64,000 bases of DNA, from positions 7,998,001-8,062,000 of the forward strand of contig OZ281495.1 of the NCBI GenBank assembly GCA_965637545.1, written 5' to 3'. A program made the position numbers and the translations under genes. The notes under the pieces were generated by a model that had not been told where the DNA came from, did not search any database, and saw only the letters and a program-made list of their open reading frames with translations. The DNA comes from Phallusia mammillata (taxonomy: Eukaryota). Of the stretch, positions 1 through 12,996 are shown one piece after another. Each line of letters opens with the position of its first letter. Within the stretch, counting starts at the first letter, position 1.

Positions 1-3000
1 GTGAGAAACAACGAAATTCTTGAAACCATGATAAGGAAGACTAATAAAAGCGTCCAAAGCAATCGAAAACTGATGTGGTTGAGTCTAATCTTTCTACTGG
101 TGATTTTCACTGTCGGATTTGTCACCCTTCATTTCTCGGTACGACTGAACAAAAGTTGATTTGTTCAGCAATGTCATTCTCCATTAGAAAACTTTTAGGC
201 AAAATATCCCGAAAGACTCAATAAAATCAAAGTTTTGTTAACGATATATATTGTTTATAAAACAGGAAAAATTGTCGGCACATAAAAATTACATTTGTTT
301 TTCACCAGATTTCTGCTAAAGTGGAAATGGAAACAAGACATGGTAAGACTGGACCATTTCATTCATATACTGTGTTAGCGTCTAAACTTTGCAAAAGTCG
401 TTTGCTTCGAACTGATAGTCACGAACGAAAGTTATGCCTACTCAAACTTTAAGTATGCCGATATTTTGCTGTAGTTAGTTTAGTTTATTTGCACTTAAAT
501 CAAACAAAATAGATGATGGTAACACAAAGTTGTGCGTGCGAGGCAGCGAATCATTCTGTCAGTCACCCCTGTAAATCACCATGCATTTTAAAGTAGAAGA
601 CAAATTAAGGTCGTAAGAAAAAACTGTGTTTTGTGAGGATTTAAAAAAAACCTCGCGTCTCCCTTTTACACAATCGTTTTCTCGAAATGAATGATCCCAA
701 GCTGTAACAGTATGAAAAGGTTGCGTAGAATGAATGATCCTGAAATAGCGTCAGGAAATAATGCATTCACACGAAACTAAAACTACGATGCTTCCTCGAA
801 GTAGGTTGATTGTTGAGTGTCGAATCGTGATCAAATTGTTATGAAGGGACTGCTTGGCTATTAGGCTATACTTTTGCAAAACTTGACAATATAGAAAGCC
901 TTTGCAATGAATAAAAGTTTAAAACGTTCGACTACACTCTCCATGTGGAAAGGTAATATTAAGGAATCAAGTCGCCGAAAATGTCCCTTTGCGGACCAAG
1001 CTTTGCGGTCCTTATGGTTTATGTAATAAGGACCAAGTATCTCCCTGGGAGGTCCTTTGTTTGCGCCAGCGTTTACAAGTCCAAACACCTCCCAAGAAGG
1101 TCTAAGTTGCGCCATCGTGGCTACTGCGGAGCAACGGAGAGGAGCAACGGCGCGGCGCGGAGCAACGGCGCAACTGAAGCGTTGCAAAGGGAAAAAAGGG
1201 GCTGAAGTCTATAATTTATTTGTTAAATCGACTATAATCTATTTGTCATGTGGCCTTTTTAATGTGGCTGCAAACAATATAAGTTTCATTTACAAAACTC
1301 AAAGCCGAGCTAAAGCAAATCTAAAACATCTTAAGGCATCACGTAACTCCTGACACCAAACAAACTACTTTACACAAAACCTTCCGCATAATGATTGATT
1401 CCAACTATAACGACAAGATAGTTTCTGTAAAACGATTTATCTTGAAATAAGGTCGTATTTAGGTTTAATTAATTGATTGGTGCAAAAATAGCAACATGTG
1501 GAGGTTTCATAAGCGTTGCTTATAGAAACAACCACATGGAAAATTGTACAATGTATTTAAGATACTTCCTTTAAGCAGAATGCTTGTTGAGTTTCGACTC
1601 TTGAATAAAGTGCTGATAAGTGGATGGTCGGTTTAATATCATATCTTAATTATGAACAAATGTTGAACTTAAACAATCAAATTTTCTCCATGATCCTGCA
1701 TTGATTAACATAAAAACCTGTCTACGTTTCAATAACTTATAGCCTCTCTTATATGTTTTTGAAATGAATCTTAACTTCAAGCGTTCCTGTCCCCTCCTAA
1801 CTAACACATTCGCCGTATTTTGTCAGCATTGCATAAAAACCGTGTTAAAAATGAGTTTGTTGTAACGTAAGTATTTGTCTTATTCGTTTAGGCACATTGC
1901 AGCACAACATGTCATCCCTGGAATCGAAAATGTTTGACTTTCAAGGTAAAACAAAGACGCAATTTACATTTTCATTTGACCACAGTTCCAAAAGTGTAGC
2001 TTTGTCTTTGCTTTTATGTTTTTTATCGGGTTTCGGGCTTGTAATTTCTGATTCGGTCAGGTAAACAACAGGGTTGTCACTGATGTACGTTCACTGATGT
2101 ATAAGTGTCAGTTTCATAATCAAAGTATTATCGTGTATCCATGTTTAAACATGTTTCCTCATCTAGCGATGAGTGCAAATTATTCGAGACGTCTCACCGG
2201 AACCAACAACAACATCGAATCTATTCAAACAACATTGATAGCTTTGAACGGTAAAACTTTGTTATACTATTACCACGTTTCTTATGGTGATTTTGAAGGT
2301 GTGGAGTACAACTTGCAAATCCCACATATATGTGTTTATCATCGCGAAACCTTGATGTAAAACTTATTTGACACGTGTACCTGCTATTTTTTTCGGCTTG
2401 AAATAATTGTGGAAAAGTAACTAAGATAACCTTTATGGATTTGATGGTTGTGATAAAATACGCGACATGAAATGGTTTCGTGAAGCGTTTCTTGTCAAAA
2501 TTACCACATGAAAAATTGAACAATGCAGTTAAGATACTTCCTTGTGGCAAATTGATTGTTAAGTGTCGACTCCTAAATGAATTGCTGGAAAGCGGATGGT
2601 CGGTTTAATATTACAACAATAAACTCTTTAGTCGCCGAAAATGTCCCTTAAAGTTCTGAAAGTTATCATAATTTATTTGTTAAATCGACTATAGTCTATT
2701 TGTCATGTGGCCTTTTTAATATGACACAGTATCAATAGCAAATACAAAACGTAGACATTACCACGTATATTACTTCTAACGTACATCATACAGTTTGTTG
2801 ATTATAACAAGCGTATGGTTTTCATGAGACTTGATTTGGAAAATCACATTTAAATCAAAGTAGTTACGAGTCCAGCTACAGAGGTCACGAAGCAATCCTG
2901 CCATATTGCATAAGCTTATCTTGCGAAACTTTTGTTGAACATTCGAAACTGCGCATTTTAACTATTTTTTGAAATCAAAATGCAGGTCAACTGGAAAGAA

Positions 3001-6000
3001 AGCTTAGTTCCGTGTCAAGCGATTTGGAAACACTTAAACAGCAACATACAAATCATCAAAGTTAGTGACTTAAACATCTGCTTAATGGTAAGATTTTAAA
3101 CCCTAAAACATGCAATGTTTTTGTATTCTACACCAGCTATGTGAAATAAAGACATTTTCAAATTTTGAGCCAATAACGTATTTTAAGTCATGCACGTTAC
3201 GAATGTAGTTAAAAAAACGGCGTTTTTAATCCGCAAAATGATTGATCCCCAAAACAACGACAAGATAGCTAATAATGTGTTTTTAAACCGTGCTCGGTGA
3301 GAATGTGATTAGAAATGCGGTGGTTTTTTGAACATAAATAACCCGTTTTCCTAGGTTGTTAGATAAAATGTATTGGATCGTGCAATCGAATTAATAACTG
3401 CCTTCGGTTCACCAGATGTGGCTGCAAACAATATAAGTTTCATTTGCAAAACTCAAAGCCGAGCTAAAGCAAATCTAAAACATCTTGAGCATCACGTAAC
3501 TCCTGACACCAAACAAACTACTTTACACAAAACCTTCCGCATAATGATTGATTCCAACTATAACGACAAGATAGTTTCTGTAAAACGATTTATCTTGAAA
3601 TAAGGTCGTATTTAGGTTTAATTAATTGATTGGTGCAACAATAGCAACATGTGGAGGTTTCATAAGCGTTGCTTATAGAAACAACCACATGGAAAATTGT
3701 ACAATGTATTTAAGATACTTCCTTTAAGCAGAATGCTTGTTGAGTTTCGACTCTTGAATAAAGTGCTGATAAGTGGATGGTCGGTTTAATATCATATCTT
3801 AATTATGAACAAATGTTGAACTTAAACAATCAAATTTTCTCCATGATCCTGCATTGATTAACATAAAAACCTGTCTACGTTTCAATAACTTATAGCCTCT
3901 CTTATATGTTTTTGAAATGAATCTTAACTTCAAGCGTTCCTGTCCCCTCCTAACTAACACATTCGCCGTATTTTGTCAGCATTGCATAAAAACCGTGTTA
4001 AAAATGAGTTTGTTGTAACGTAAGTATTTGTCTTATTCGTTTAGGCACATTGCAGCACAACATGTCATCCCTGGAATCGAAAATTTTTGACTTTCAAGGT
4101 AAAACAAAGACGCAATTTACATTTTCATTTGACCACAGTTCAAAAAGTGTAGCTTTGTCTTTGCTTTTATGTTTTTTATCGGGTTTCGGGCTTGTAATTT
4201 CTGATTCGGTCAGGTAAACAACAGGGTTGTCACTGATGTACGTTCACTGATGTATAAGTGTCAGTTTCATAATCAAAGTATTATCGTGTATCCATGTTTA
4301 AACATGTTTCCTCATCTAGCGATGAGTGCAAATTATTCGAGACGTCTCACCGGAACCAACAACAACATCGAATCTATTCAAACAACATTGATAGCTTTGA
4401 ACGGTAAAACTTTGTTATACTATTACCACGTTTCTTATGGTAATTTTGAAGGTGTGGAGTACAACTTGCAAATCCCACATATATGTGTTTATCATCGCGA
4501 AACCTTGATGTAAAACTTATTTGACACGTGTACCTGCTATTTTTTTCGGCTTGAAATAATTGTGGAAAAGTAACAAAGATAACCTTTATGGATTTGATGG
4601 TTGTGATAAAATACGCGACATGAAATGGTTTCGTGAAGCGTTTCTTGTCAAAATTACCACATGAAAAATTGAACAATGCAGTTAAGATACTTCCTTGTGG
4701 CAAATTGATTGTTAAGTGTCGACTCCTAAATGAATTGCTGGAAAGCGGATGGTCGGTTTAATATTACAACAATAAACTCTTTGCAACCATAAACTCCTTC
4801 GCACAAAAGGTTTCGCAAAATTAATAAAATGCGCTAGCCGAAAAGCGCTTTGAAAGTAAAACCATAATTTTGTCCCAGATCATATTTTCAAAAGTTTACA
4901 AATTCGAACAAGGTTTTTTTAAGCCAATCACAATGGAGAACGTTTGCGGGTCACGACTCATTTTAACCAATCACAACACAGCTTGCGTATTAGTTCTTTT
5001 ATTGTAGGACACCTGGTGTAGCAACCAATAGTCCTTAGATTCGAAATATGTTTAGCACAGTTTCGTAATGGTTATAAAAGGCTAAATGATTTTGTGACTT
5101 AAAATGAAAAAAATGTCAGCAGAATGGTGTTAAGTGTGAAAACACTCCATTCATGAAGCGTATATTGCACAAAAGTCATTTTAGACTCAATACAATTTTT
5201 GAGTGTATAAATTACCACATGTGAAGAATATAAATTATATGTGCATAATTTACTACCAGATAAAACCTAATGGGTTCACACCTTCAGTTCAACTATCCTA
5301 AGTGCATCAGTCTTTACCATGTTTTGACGCTAAAAATGTTTCTTTGTCCTCTTCATACACAACTGGCATAAAACATTGCATCGTCGACAATATTGAAGTC
5401 AAACCGCTCAGCAACCTGGAACGTGACGTAACGAAAACCCGCAAAATTGCGCTCTTGTGATTGGCTGGGCCTAGGAGTATAAGTTCGAAACCATTTTTGG
5501 AAATATGCCCCCGGTCGTTAGTTTGTTACTTTTTTATGCTCATGGGAGAAACAACGGCTGAATACTATATGCTTACAATGCGTTTGTAGTGATGTGACGT
5601 TGTTATGGATGTTTTGTATTTGTTTTCCAGACTGGGTACTTTTTAGTTGTGACTTTGAAAGTGGTTTGTGCAACTTCACTGATGATTTGAGCGCTGATTT
5701 TACTTGGACAAGGCATTCTGGGTCCACGCCTTCAGATGCTACAGGTCCAAGTGTAGATCATACACTTGGAACTACTGGAGGTTAGTACTCAAGTATGAAA
5801 AATGGGAGAAATAGTTAACAATACCAAAAAAGCCATATAACTTTAACATTTCTTAGATTTTACCTGCATAAAAACACATCTAAACTTGTTCAATTTACAA
5901 ACCACAATCTGACGATAAAATGCAGTGAAATAATCCAATTTTAATTAAGCTTGGTACTTTATACAAAAGCAAAAGTTATAAAATAACTTATACATTTTTT

Positions 6001-7445
6001 TGAAAAGGGGCAGTATATATATTTCTTTACTAAATGCTGTATATTTTTAAATAGGTCACTACATGTACATAGAAACGAGTGACCCTCGACACAGTCTTGA
6101 CAAAGCAAGATTTGTTTCACCAATATTGCCAGCAACCAATGGTAAAAAAGTGACATAATTTTCCATGTCATTATCTTTTTTTCTGGTGAATCAATAAAAA
6201 AGTTGTTTGTTATGTAGCGATGTAGCGATTTATGTATGTATCGATTTAATCCCCCCCCCCCCCCCAAAAAAAAAAAACATTTTTTTCAAATTTACAGACT
6301 AAAGATATTCTTCAACGCACAAATGTTAAACAAAGGCTTATTCAAACGGTTTGCAAATATATTTTTTTACAGATGTAGTGAATCCCGGTTCTAGTGCTTT
6401 TAGATTTTATTAATTGAAGTTTCTGCATTTCCTGAAAGCTTGTTTAGACACAGTGTAAACGTAGAATAGACCTAATATACGGTTCTAAAACTGCCATTAA
6501 TCCACGAAATAATTTCAGGAAGACGGTTTTGGTAATCTTCCTCGCTTTTTTGCTGGTTTAGACACACACAGTTAAGCTTAATTAAGCATATACACGATTG
6601 ATTATGTGTTTTTAACTAGTTGTTATTTTGAGTTATCATATAACATTATTGAAATGAATGTTTTTTTTACAGGTCAATGCCTTCAGTTTTACCACCATAT
6701 GTATGTAAGTATTAGAAAGACTACTTCCAAAAAAAAATTGCTTCAAAGTATCATTAAAGGCCATTAAACAGAATCACTTGCAAATTCACACCTTAATAAG
6801 TTTAAAATGATTTTAGATTTTACTAGAAATGACGATGTTATTTTTGCAAACGACAATAGAGCAGAACCCAACCACCATTTTGATCCCATAAAACCACAAA
6901 TCCGTCAAAGCAATTAAAAAACATGTATATATATTAACACCTAAATAGGGCACCGTAAATCTCCTATTTAAATACATTAAACGACACAGATTTGTTTGTA
7001 TAGGGCAAGCACATTGGGATATTGAAAGTCTATTTAAAGAGACCAAATCGTTCCAATGCATCAGTATGGAGCCTGAGCGGCAGTCAAGGTAAGAGATACA
7101 TTGTATCTGTTGGCAAAACAAACAAACGTGATTTCCATCTACAAAAAGGAGGACACATTATTGAAAAGAAGATGTAAAAATACTTACGCCCCTTGGTTTT
7201 TGTTAAAAAGAAGGACATGTCCTCCAAAAAGAGGATGTATGGTAGGCCTAACTAGGTCACTTTGATTTTATATGTGATACAGTTTAAACCAAATATTGTT
7301 ATCAGGTGACGTTTGGTCGTTAGGAAGCGCAACTATTACTTCGACGGAGCCCTTTCAGGTTGTGTTCGAGGGAACAATGGGCGCAGATTACGAAGGTGAC
7401 ATTGCGATTGATGACGTAATAATCAGACCTTTTAACTGTTGTTAA
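1..7445 (+). CDS. Gene A (5'-partial): type II membrane protein, TM + coiled-coil stalk + C-terminal MAM domain
   Basis: GT-AG exons: <1-138 ([27 protein letters not shown]), 309-342, stalk 1892-1945, 2167-2250, 4045-4098, 4320-4403, MAM 5631-5780 ([29 protein letters not shown]), 6055-6141 ([15 protein letters not shown]), 6673-6704 ([10 protein letters not shown]), 7004-7088 ([19 protein letters not shown]), 7306-7445 ([18 protein letters not shown]). Phases are consistent. A degenerate stalk exon ends at 952. Confidence 0.85.
985..1191. mobile_element. Small GC-rich insertion with CCCTTTGC/GCAAAGGG ends (piggyBac-like MITE?)
   Basis: 8-bp inverted termini and internal ggagcaacgg repeats. 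The paralogous sequence at 2630-2720 lacks it and has cccTTAA at the corresponding site. Confidence 0.4.
1262..4782 (+). repeat. Near-identical ~1.37 kb tandem duplication (1262-2629 / 3416-4782) duplicating two stalk exons
   Basis: Direct comparison shows only a handful of substitutions; duplicated ORFs at 2097/4250 and 2221/4374. Confidence 0.95.
5631..7445 (+). CDS. MAM domain exons of gene A
   Basis: Canonical MAM motifs CDFE, WTR, TGPxxDHT, GxYMYIETS, CLxFxYHMYG, GDIAIDDV across 5 exons. Confidence 0.9.
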
Positions 7446-7670
7446 AATCCTCACGTGTATGTCGTCATTGTATTACGTGAGGATTTAAATTTGATGCCCG
7501 AGGGCATATTCATCCTATGTTTAGGACACATTTATTTCACAATTTTGTTATTTTTGCAAACATGTAGTTCGATCTTTTAACACTTACTCCACACTCATTG
7601 TCCAATGACCACAGAACTGAATATGTATTTGTTTTACTAAACACAAGCTATAATTAGGCCTTTTTCGTGT

Positions 7671-7676
7671 AATAAA
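7671..7676 (+). promoter_or_regulatory. Polyadenylation signal of gene A
   Basis: AATAAA ~225 nt after the stop; conserved at the homologous position after gene C (40653-40658). Confidence 0.6.
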
Positions 7677-8419
7677 TTCTCTTAAACAATGCTCTGTCCA
7701 AAGCTAATCCCGCTTTATATTGCGTATATAACTTTTTCTTATATTGTTTTTCAACGTGATTTCAACATTGTGATGTAGCGGTTGCGATATAATTTGTGCC
7801 AATTTCGAAACAGTAGCTTACGCAATTAATTCGTTTTAACTTGCTAGCTCAAAGCTCGCAAGAAAGTGAAATGGTGCAACGGTTTTATTAACTGGATTGA
7901 AAAAATGTGTTTGAACTTTAAAATATTTCCTGTGGCAGTTAATTAGGATGTAGATGCGACTTTGATATGGTGGTTACGCAATTTAACTTTATCCTTTGTC
8001 CTGTGCTGTGATTGGACGCTGCTTTGTGTAAGAATTGTACAAGAGCCAATGGCAAGAGCACATGTATACGATTTAACGCCTTTGTCTGGTGTATATATAA
8101 AACCGCACTGATTAATTTCTATATCCTCTCTCTGTATCTTTTCCTTTTTGTGCAGAAGTTACACCACGTACCCAGAATTTATAAAGCGCACCGCTTACGT
8201 ATTTAAGGATAATCGGTTCTAACCTGACAGTAGCTAACTCCTAATGGCTTACTTATAGTAATGTGTGTTTGCCAGAAGAATCTGAATTTGTAAGCAACTG
8301 CTATTGTACTTTCTAACGAATTGTTTTGTTTCTTAAACATGCTATTTGATTAAGCATACTGAATGAATATGACAATAAACAAGCTGAGGTGCAAAACCCT
8401 TGTTATCGAGACTCATGAC

Positions 8420-9045
8420 ATTAATTTATCAAGAAGAATTTGACAGTCAGTTCAAAGCACAGGTGGTCTTTATCTACCACACATAACACCACTTGACGTA
8501 CTAGGTACTACCTCACCGCATGCTGGTTTTCTATAGAAACGTGTACAGAGACTGGTGCGCTAAATTCTTAGGCCTATAGTAGACTGGTTTAAACTTCCAT
8601 CAAGAGTTTATTGAAGGTGTGTCGACGAGAGACATTGCCGTGCCTATAAGTTCATTCAGCAGAACCCAAAGTTATATCACCACCACGATAGCTTCAGTGA
8701 ACTGATCTTTCATGATCCAAACGAGGCTTATCGTTACCACGACCTAAACGCTATACGCAAGTGTACTAACATAAACACGGAGTTGAGCAGATTAAGAAGA
8801 CCGTTTACTATACCTTTGTTCCCAAAGCTCGCAAGGAAGTAATAAAGAAACGAACCGAAGTACAGAGACCTGCGTGAAATTTTCAGGAGGTGTACCGGTC
8901 CTGACAAGCTCAGGAGCTTGGGAGGTTAAGGACGGTGGTATGCTCTTAAATTTGTAGTGACAAGGTCACCTTGAGACTCGTTAGACACCATTAACAAAAA
9001 CCGATCACTACAATGTGGTGTTTGTCGGACAGTCCCCGAAACGCT
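8420..9045 (+). mobile_element. Degenerate L1/Tx1-like LINE ORF2 3' fragment
   Basis: Broken frames give LSRRI*QSVQSTGGLYLPHI (post-RT GGLxLP motif) and LQCGVCRTVPET (CxxC..ET zinc-finger start). Absent from the paralogous block near 41100. Confidence 0.45.
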
Positions 9046-9655
9046 GCGTGGAAGATCAAGCGAAGACGATGAGATGGTAATTAGGGCAGATATTCTATTT
9101 TAATAAGGTGCTATAAATAAAGTTAAACGCGTTTTGGTAAAGTATTTAGTAGGTTATGGACTGTTTGTCCAGATTGATCCTGTTTGGCCCAAACAAACTA
9201 TTTAAGAAGCTTTTCTGTGGCACAGTATTTGCGTAAATAAAAATCTGACTAATATCTGCAAAAGTAAATATACAACGCAAAACGAAATATTTCACTATGA
9301 AAAGTAATATTCCCTTGCATAAAAAAGTGCATAAAATACTGCTTAACATACTGATTTTCAGAAAACCAGTATTAGTGACGTGCAAAATTCAATTATATTG
9401 GTGTGGTCTCCATAAAATCATAAAACAAAACTGTTACACGTCATCTGGACATTAATTAGATAAAAAGTGCAACACATTTACTTGTTATGTCTGTTTCATT
9501 CATGCAAAACAAATGCAGCTAAACAAATAACAGTCGACATGCAAGCTATGTGACTCATTGCACTTTTGCATAGGTTTGTGTTGCAACAATAATCGGATAA
9601 ACGTAATTTCGACAAAAATTGGTGATAAAGATTGTTGCAGTGTTTACTTCAGAAA

Positions 9656-10108
9656 TGCTGTTTTTAAAATTCTGTTGTCAGTTTGGTTTTGCGTCCACGC
9701 ACAGCATCGCTATTACTACCCAGGCAAGTTACTTTCATGGTTGTTTTGTATCGTAGTTTTTTTTCATGGTTGTTTTGTATCGTAACTGTTTAACTGTTAA
9801 TAGCATTTTAAGCAAGAAAACTGAGGTTACAAGTTTTTTGTGGGTAAATTGTATGGCATTATTTTCATCGTGGCAGTACCATCGTGTTATTATCACATCG
9901 CAGCAATTTTTTATGGTGTAACCTAACTTTTTTTGCAGCCCGATACGAGAATCTTGTATGTTGGGCAGATAGACGTGATGTGAATGCGATCGCAAATGCA
10001 GAGGACCATCAACTATACAACCACGACAACTACAAAGCACGCCACCTGGTCGTCAGCAAGTGCTCGAGAGTAGCAACTAATATTTCAAGTACAATATTCG
10101 CCATACAG
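9656..10108 (+). pseudogene. Secreted WSC-like domain gene relic 1
   Basis: Exon 9939-10108 ARYENLVCWADRRDVNAIANAE..YKAR..SKC..FAIQ with AG/GT borders. Upstream frameshifted signal-peptide-like exon ends at a GC donor (9724). Second half of the domain not found. Confidence 0.55.
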
Positions 10109-10941
10109 GTGCATTTAAGTGCATTTTGTCATCTGTAATTTCGATGACTGCGATGATGTTCAACAAAATTTTGTGTTTTTTTACCACAAACATTCGCACA
10201 GGACGGAGGTAAATGTGTCGCTTCCTGCAATGCTGAATCGAGATACAAAATGTACGGAGAGTCCACGGGTTGCCATGCCAACGGAAGAGGAGGTTTATTA
10301 GCAAATCAAGTTTATCGACTGATTACAAGCACCCGAGGTATACATGTTTTGTATTAATGCTTGAAGACATGGAAAGTTGAATATTACACGCCCGCTATAA
10401 CGATAACTTCTAAACCCATGTTCAAATACCGATTATAATTATCTATCGTTAGTTTTCACATGTTTAAACGTCAGTTTTTAGCATTGTGTTTGTGCCAGTT
10501 TCCTTCCTGTTAACATCCTGTATGGCGCTATTACAATGATTTGTTTCGGCTAGTGTGCTATACCTTTATCACAACATATATTACCTTTATTACAAGTTAT
10601 ATAGCCTATACGCCTGGCAACAACAATCAATTCACACGAAATACTATTTTGAATTCAGTAACCTTGTTCAAATGTTTGATGAGTTACAAGATGATTGGAC
10701 ATCAAGGACAATATTGTTCTTTGTTAACTACTGTTTAACCCAAGTTAATACACTTTTTAATAACGAACATAATTAAATTTAATGATATTAGGCAAGTAAC
10801 TTTCTCAAGCAATTGGCTTAAAGCATAGACTCTCAACATTTTTTCATGTACTTGACTTACATGACGATTCACACAAACACAATACGATGTTTGCTGGTAG
10901 GAAATTAGACAAAAAATATTTTTAAGACATATTTGTTGTAG

Positions 10942-12110
10942 TGCGCCTGATCTACCTTGGATGCTGTAAAGACAATTCTACTTCTTTCGCAATCCCTAGT
11001 TTGGAACACGACTCTAGCTTGGCTTTTGAAGCCTACGAGTTGCGCAAGGGATATATTGCTAAGTGTGTCAACGCCGCCTTCAAGAACGGATATCAAGTTC
11101 TAGCTTTGCAAAACAGTGGACGCTGTCACAGTTCTGCGAACGCCAACCAAACTTACCAACAATACGGTCGTGCATCAACATGTGCAAATCAGGGATTTTT
11201 TTAGTCAACCGCGTTTATCAAATAAAAATTGATCCCAAAAAAATCCAATAAAGCTGCCAGGCTCATAATATAATATAAGTTACTACAAAAGCAAAACATT
11301 AACTGCCAAAAAGCTAGAGATATCCTTAAAACGCCTTCCCAAAATAGCCTCAAAACCGCCGAAAAAGATACATCTAAAAATATAAGCCCAAACCGATCCC
11401 AATTTTATCTCAAATTAATGTGATTGGTTAAATGGTTGACTAATAAGATATTCGACAACCGTCCAAAAACTACAATAGCTAATCAAAAAAAACTAAAAGC
11501 AGCATTTTGATGTCGAAAAAGAAGGCTATTTGGGCAACGTAACCACCACCCTGTACATACTAATAAGTGAATATAATGCACAAAACTGCGCAAGCAATAC
11601 AATGGTGTTTTTTGTTGCTAAGTCGTCAAATAATTCCTAGCTTAGATGCAAACTTCGGTAACATGGATTTGATATTTAAGGGAACCGCGATGCTCGACAA
11701 ATCATTGTGGCCATGCTTCAACGCAAAAAGTGCAGCAAAGCCTCAATCAAGTTTAAAATGATAACAAGAGATTCATACACAGTTTACGTCCTTGCAAAAC
11801 CGGAAAGGTCACATTACGGAGCTATAGGTGTAAATTGGAATGAAATAATATTTCTGCACGAGCAACGTTGAATCGATAAAAACTTAATGTTGGTTAATTG
11901 AATTTTGAAACAGGATTCAAAGGACTTTTTGCCCGAAAAGGGAGATTTATATCATATATGCCTATAGGCCGATCGAATCCCGCTTCTAAACGTATGTTTG
12001 AGGCAATTAGATACACTAGCCACCAATTGCGAAATAAAGAACAATGTATTGTGATCAGAAATGGTAAAAAGGATGCGCGTCCCTGACCGAAGGGATGGGT
12101 TGCAAATGGT
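10942..12110 (+). pseudogene. WSC-like domain gene relic 2 with decayed C-terminal extension
   Basis: YLGCCKDNSTSFAIPSLE..YELR..IAKCVNAAFKNGYQVLALQNSGRCHSS..TYQQYGRASTC, a complete WSC-like repeat; frameshift at ~11200 relative to the paralog at 42121. Confidence 0.65.
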
Positions 12111-12211
12111 GACATTTAAAATTGTATTTATAGTTGTATGCTACGTCATTAGTGATGTTTGTGCGAAATGAACATTTAAACTGCAAAAATGAATTAAATG
12201 TTAAACAACAA

Positions 12212-12260
12212 TGCTGACTCATGCTTAAACGCGGTTTTAGGTGACTCCGTATGACTCAGC
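12212..12260 (+). promoter_or_regulatory. AP-1 / Maf-Nrf2 (ARE-like) motif pair upstream of WSC-like gene 3
   Basis: TGCTGACTCAT (12212-12222) and ATGACTCAGC (12251-12260), ~90-135 nt before the ATG at 12349; partly conserved at 44460-44506. Confidence 0.45.
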
Positions 12261-12348
12261 GATATTTATGCGATGTTTTTGCAGTAAGCTGTTGTGTAAA
12301 GTTGAAACGTTTAGAAACCGTTAAATTTAATTGATAGGATTTGGAACA

Positions 12349-12817
12349 ATGTTAGTTTGTTGCATTATTTCTATGGCGGTCTCATTTCAAATTACCAATG
12401 CAAGTTTAAAAGACAATTATGTCGGTAGATATGTCGAAAGATAAATACTACAATGTATAATGGACAACGTTATCGTGGTTTGTATGGCATTTGAATTTCT
12501 GCTCTACTATAAGATCTTTTCTTCTGTTATAAAGGTTTAGTGGTATAAAACTCATACGTGAGAAAATTCCAGTGATTGAAATCGGTTCATTTATTGTCTG
12601 AAATTATGTGATTGTATAAAAGGGTAAAGTCTTATCATTTTCCTTCCAGCTGCAACGAAGATCTTGGATGCTGGGCGGATAAACGTAGAATCAATGCGAT
12701 AGCGAACGCAGAGGCGGTCCACTGCTCAGCGAAGAAAACTACAAAGGACGGGAACTGGCTATCAGCAAATGCGCAAGAGTAGCAGCTAATACCTCAAGCA
12801 CAATATTTGGCATAAAG
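12349..12817 (+). pseudogene. Secreted WSC-like gene relic 3
   Basis: Signal-peptide-like exon 12349-12424 (MLVCCIISMAVSFQITNASLKDNYV, phase 1). Exon 12650-12817 (EDLGCWADKRRINAIANAE..) has two 1-nt deletions versus the 45270 copy. Truncated at 12997 by the inverted duplication. Confidence 0.65.
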
Positions 12818-12996
12818 GTAATAATAGGGAAGTCAGTACAGTCGTGGTTTCAAGATCGTAGCTATACGTTGCCGTTTATCTCAACATAGTTGTTCAGAAA
12901 ACTCGTGGTATTTATTTAAGCAGCAGGATATGTCACCTTTGTTTGTTGTGCAGAAGAGTGGAAAATGCTCGACTGCTTGCAATGCTAATTCCAGAT

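Noticed and set aside
861-1353. Overlapping ORFs with Arg/Ala-rich repeats
   Set aside because: They derive from a GC-rich intronic insertion and show no protein motifs
6251-6277. C15-A12 homopolymer (possible minus-strand G4)
   Set aside because: Simple intronic tract, not conserved in the gene D paralog
9939-12817. WSC-like exons as alternative third heads for the receptor stalks (phase-1 acceptors)
   Set aside because: They lie after the poly(A) signal and have their own signal-peptide-like exons and promoter motifs, so separate genes are more parsimonious
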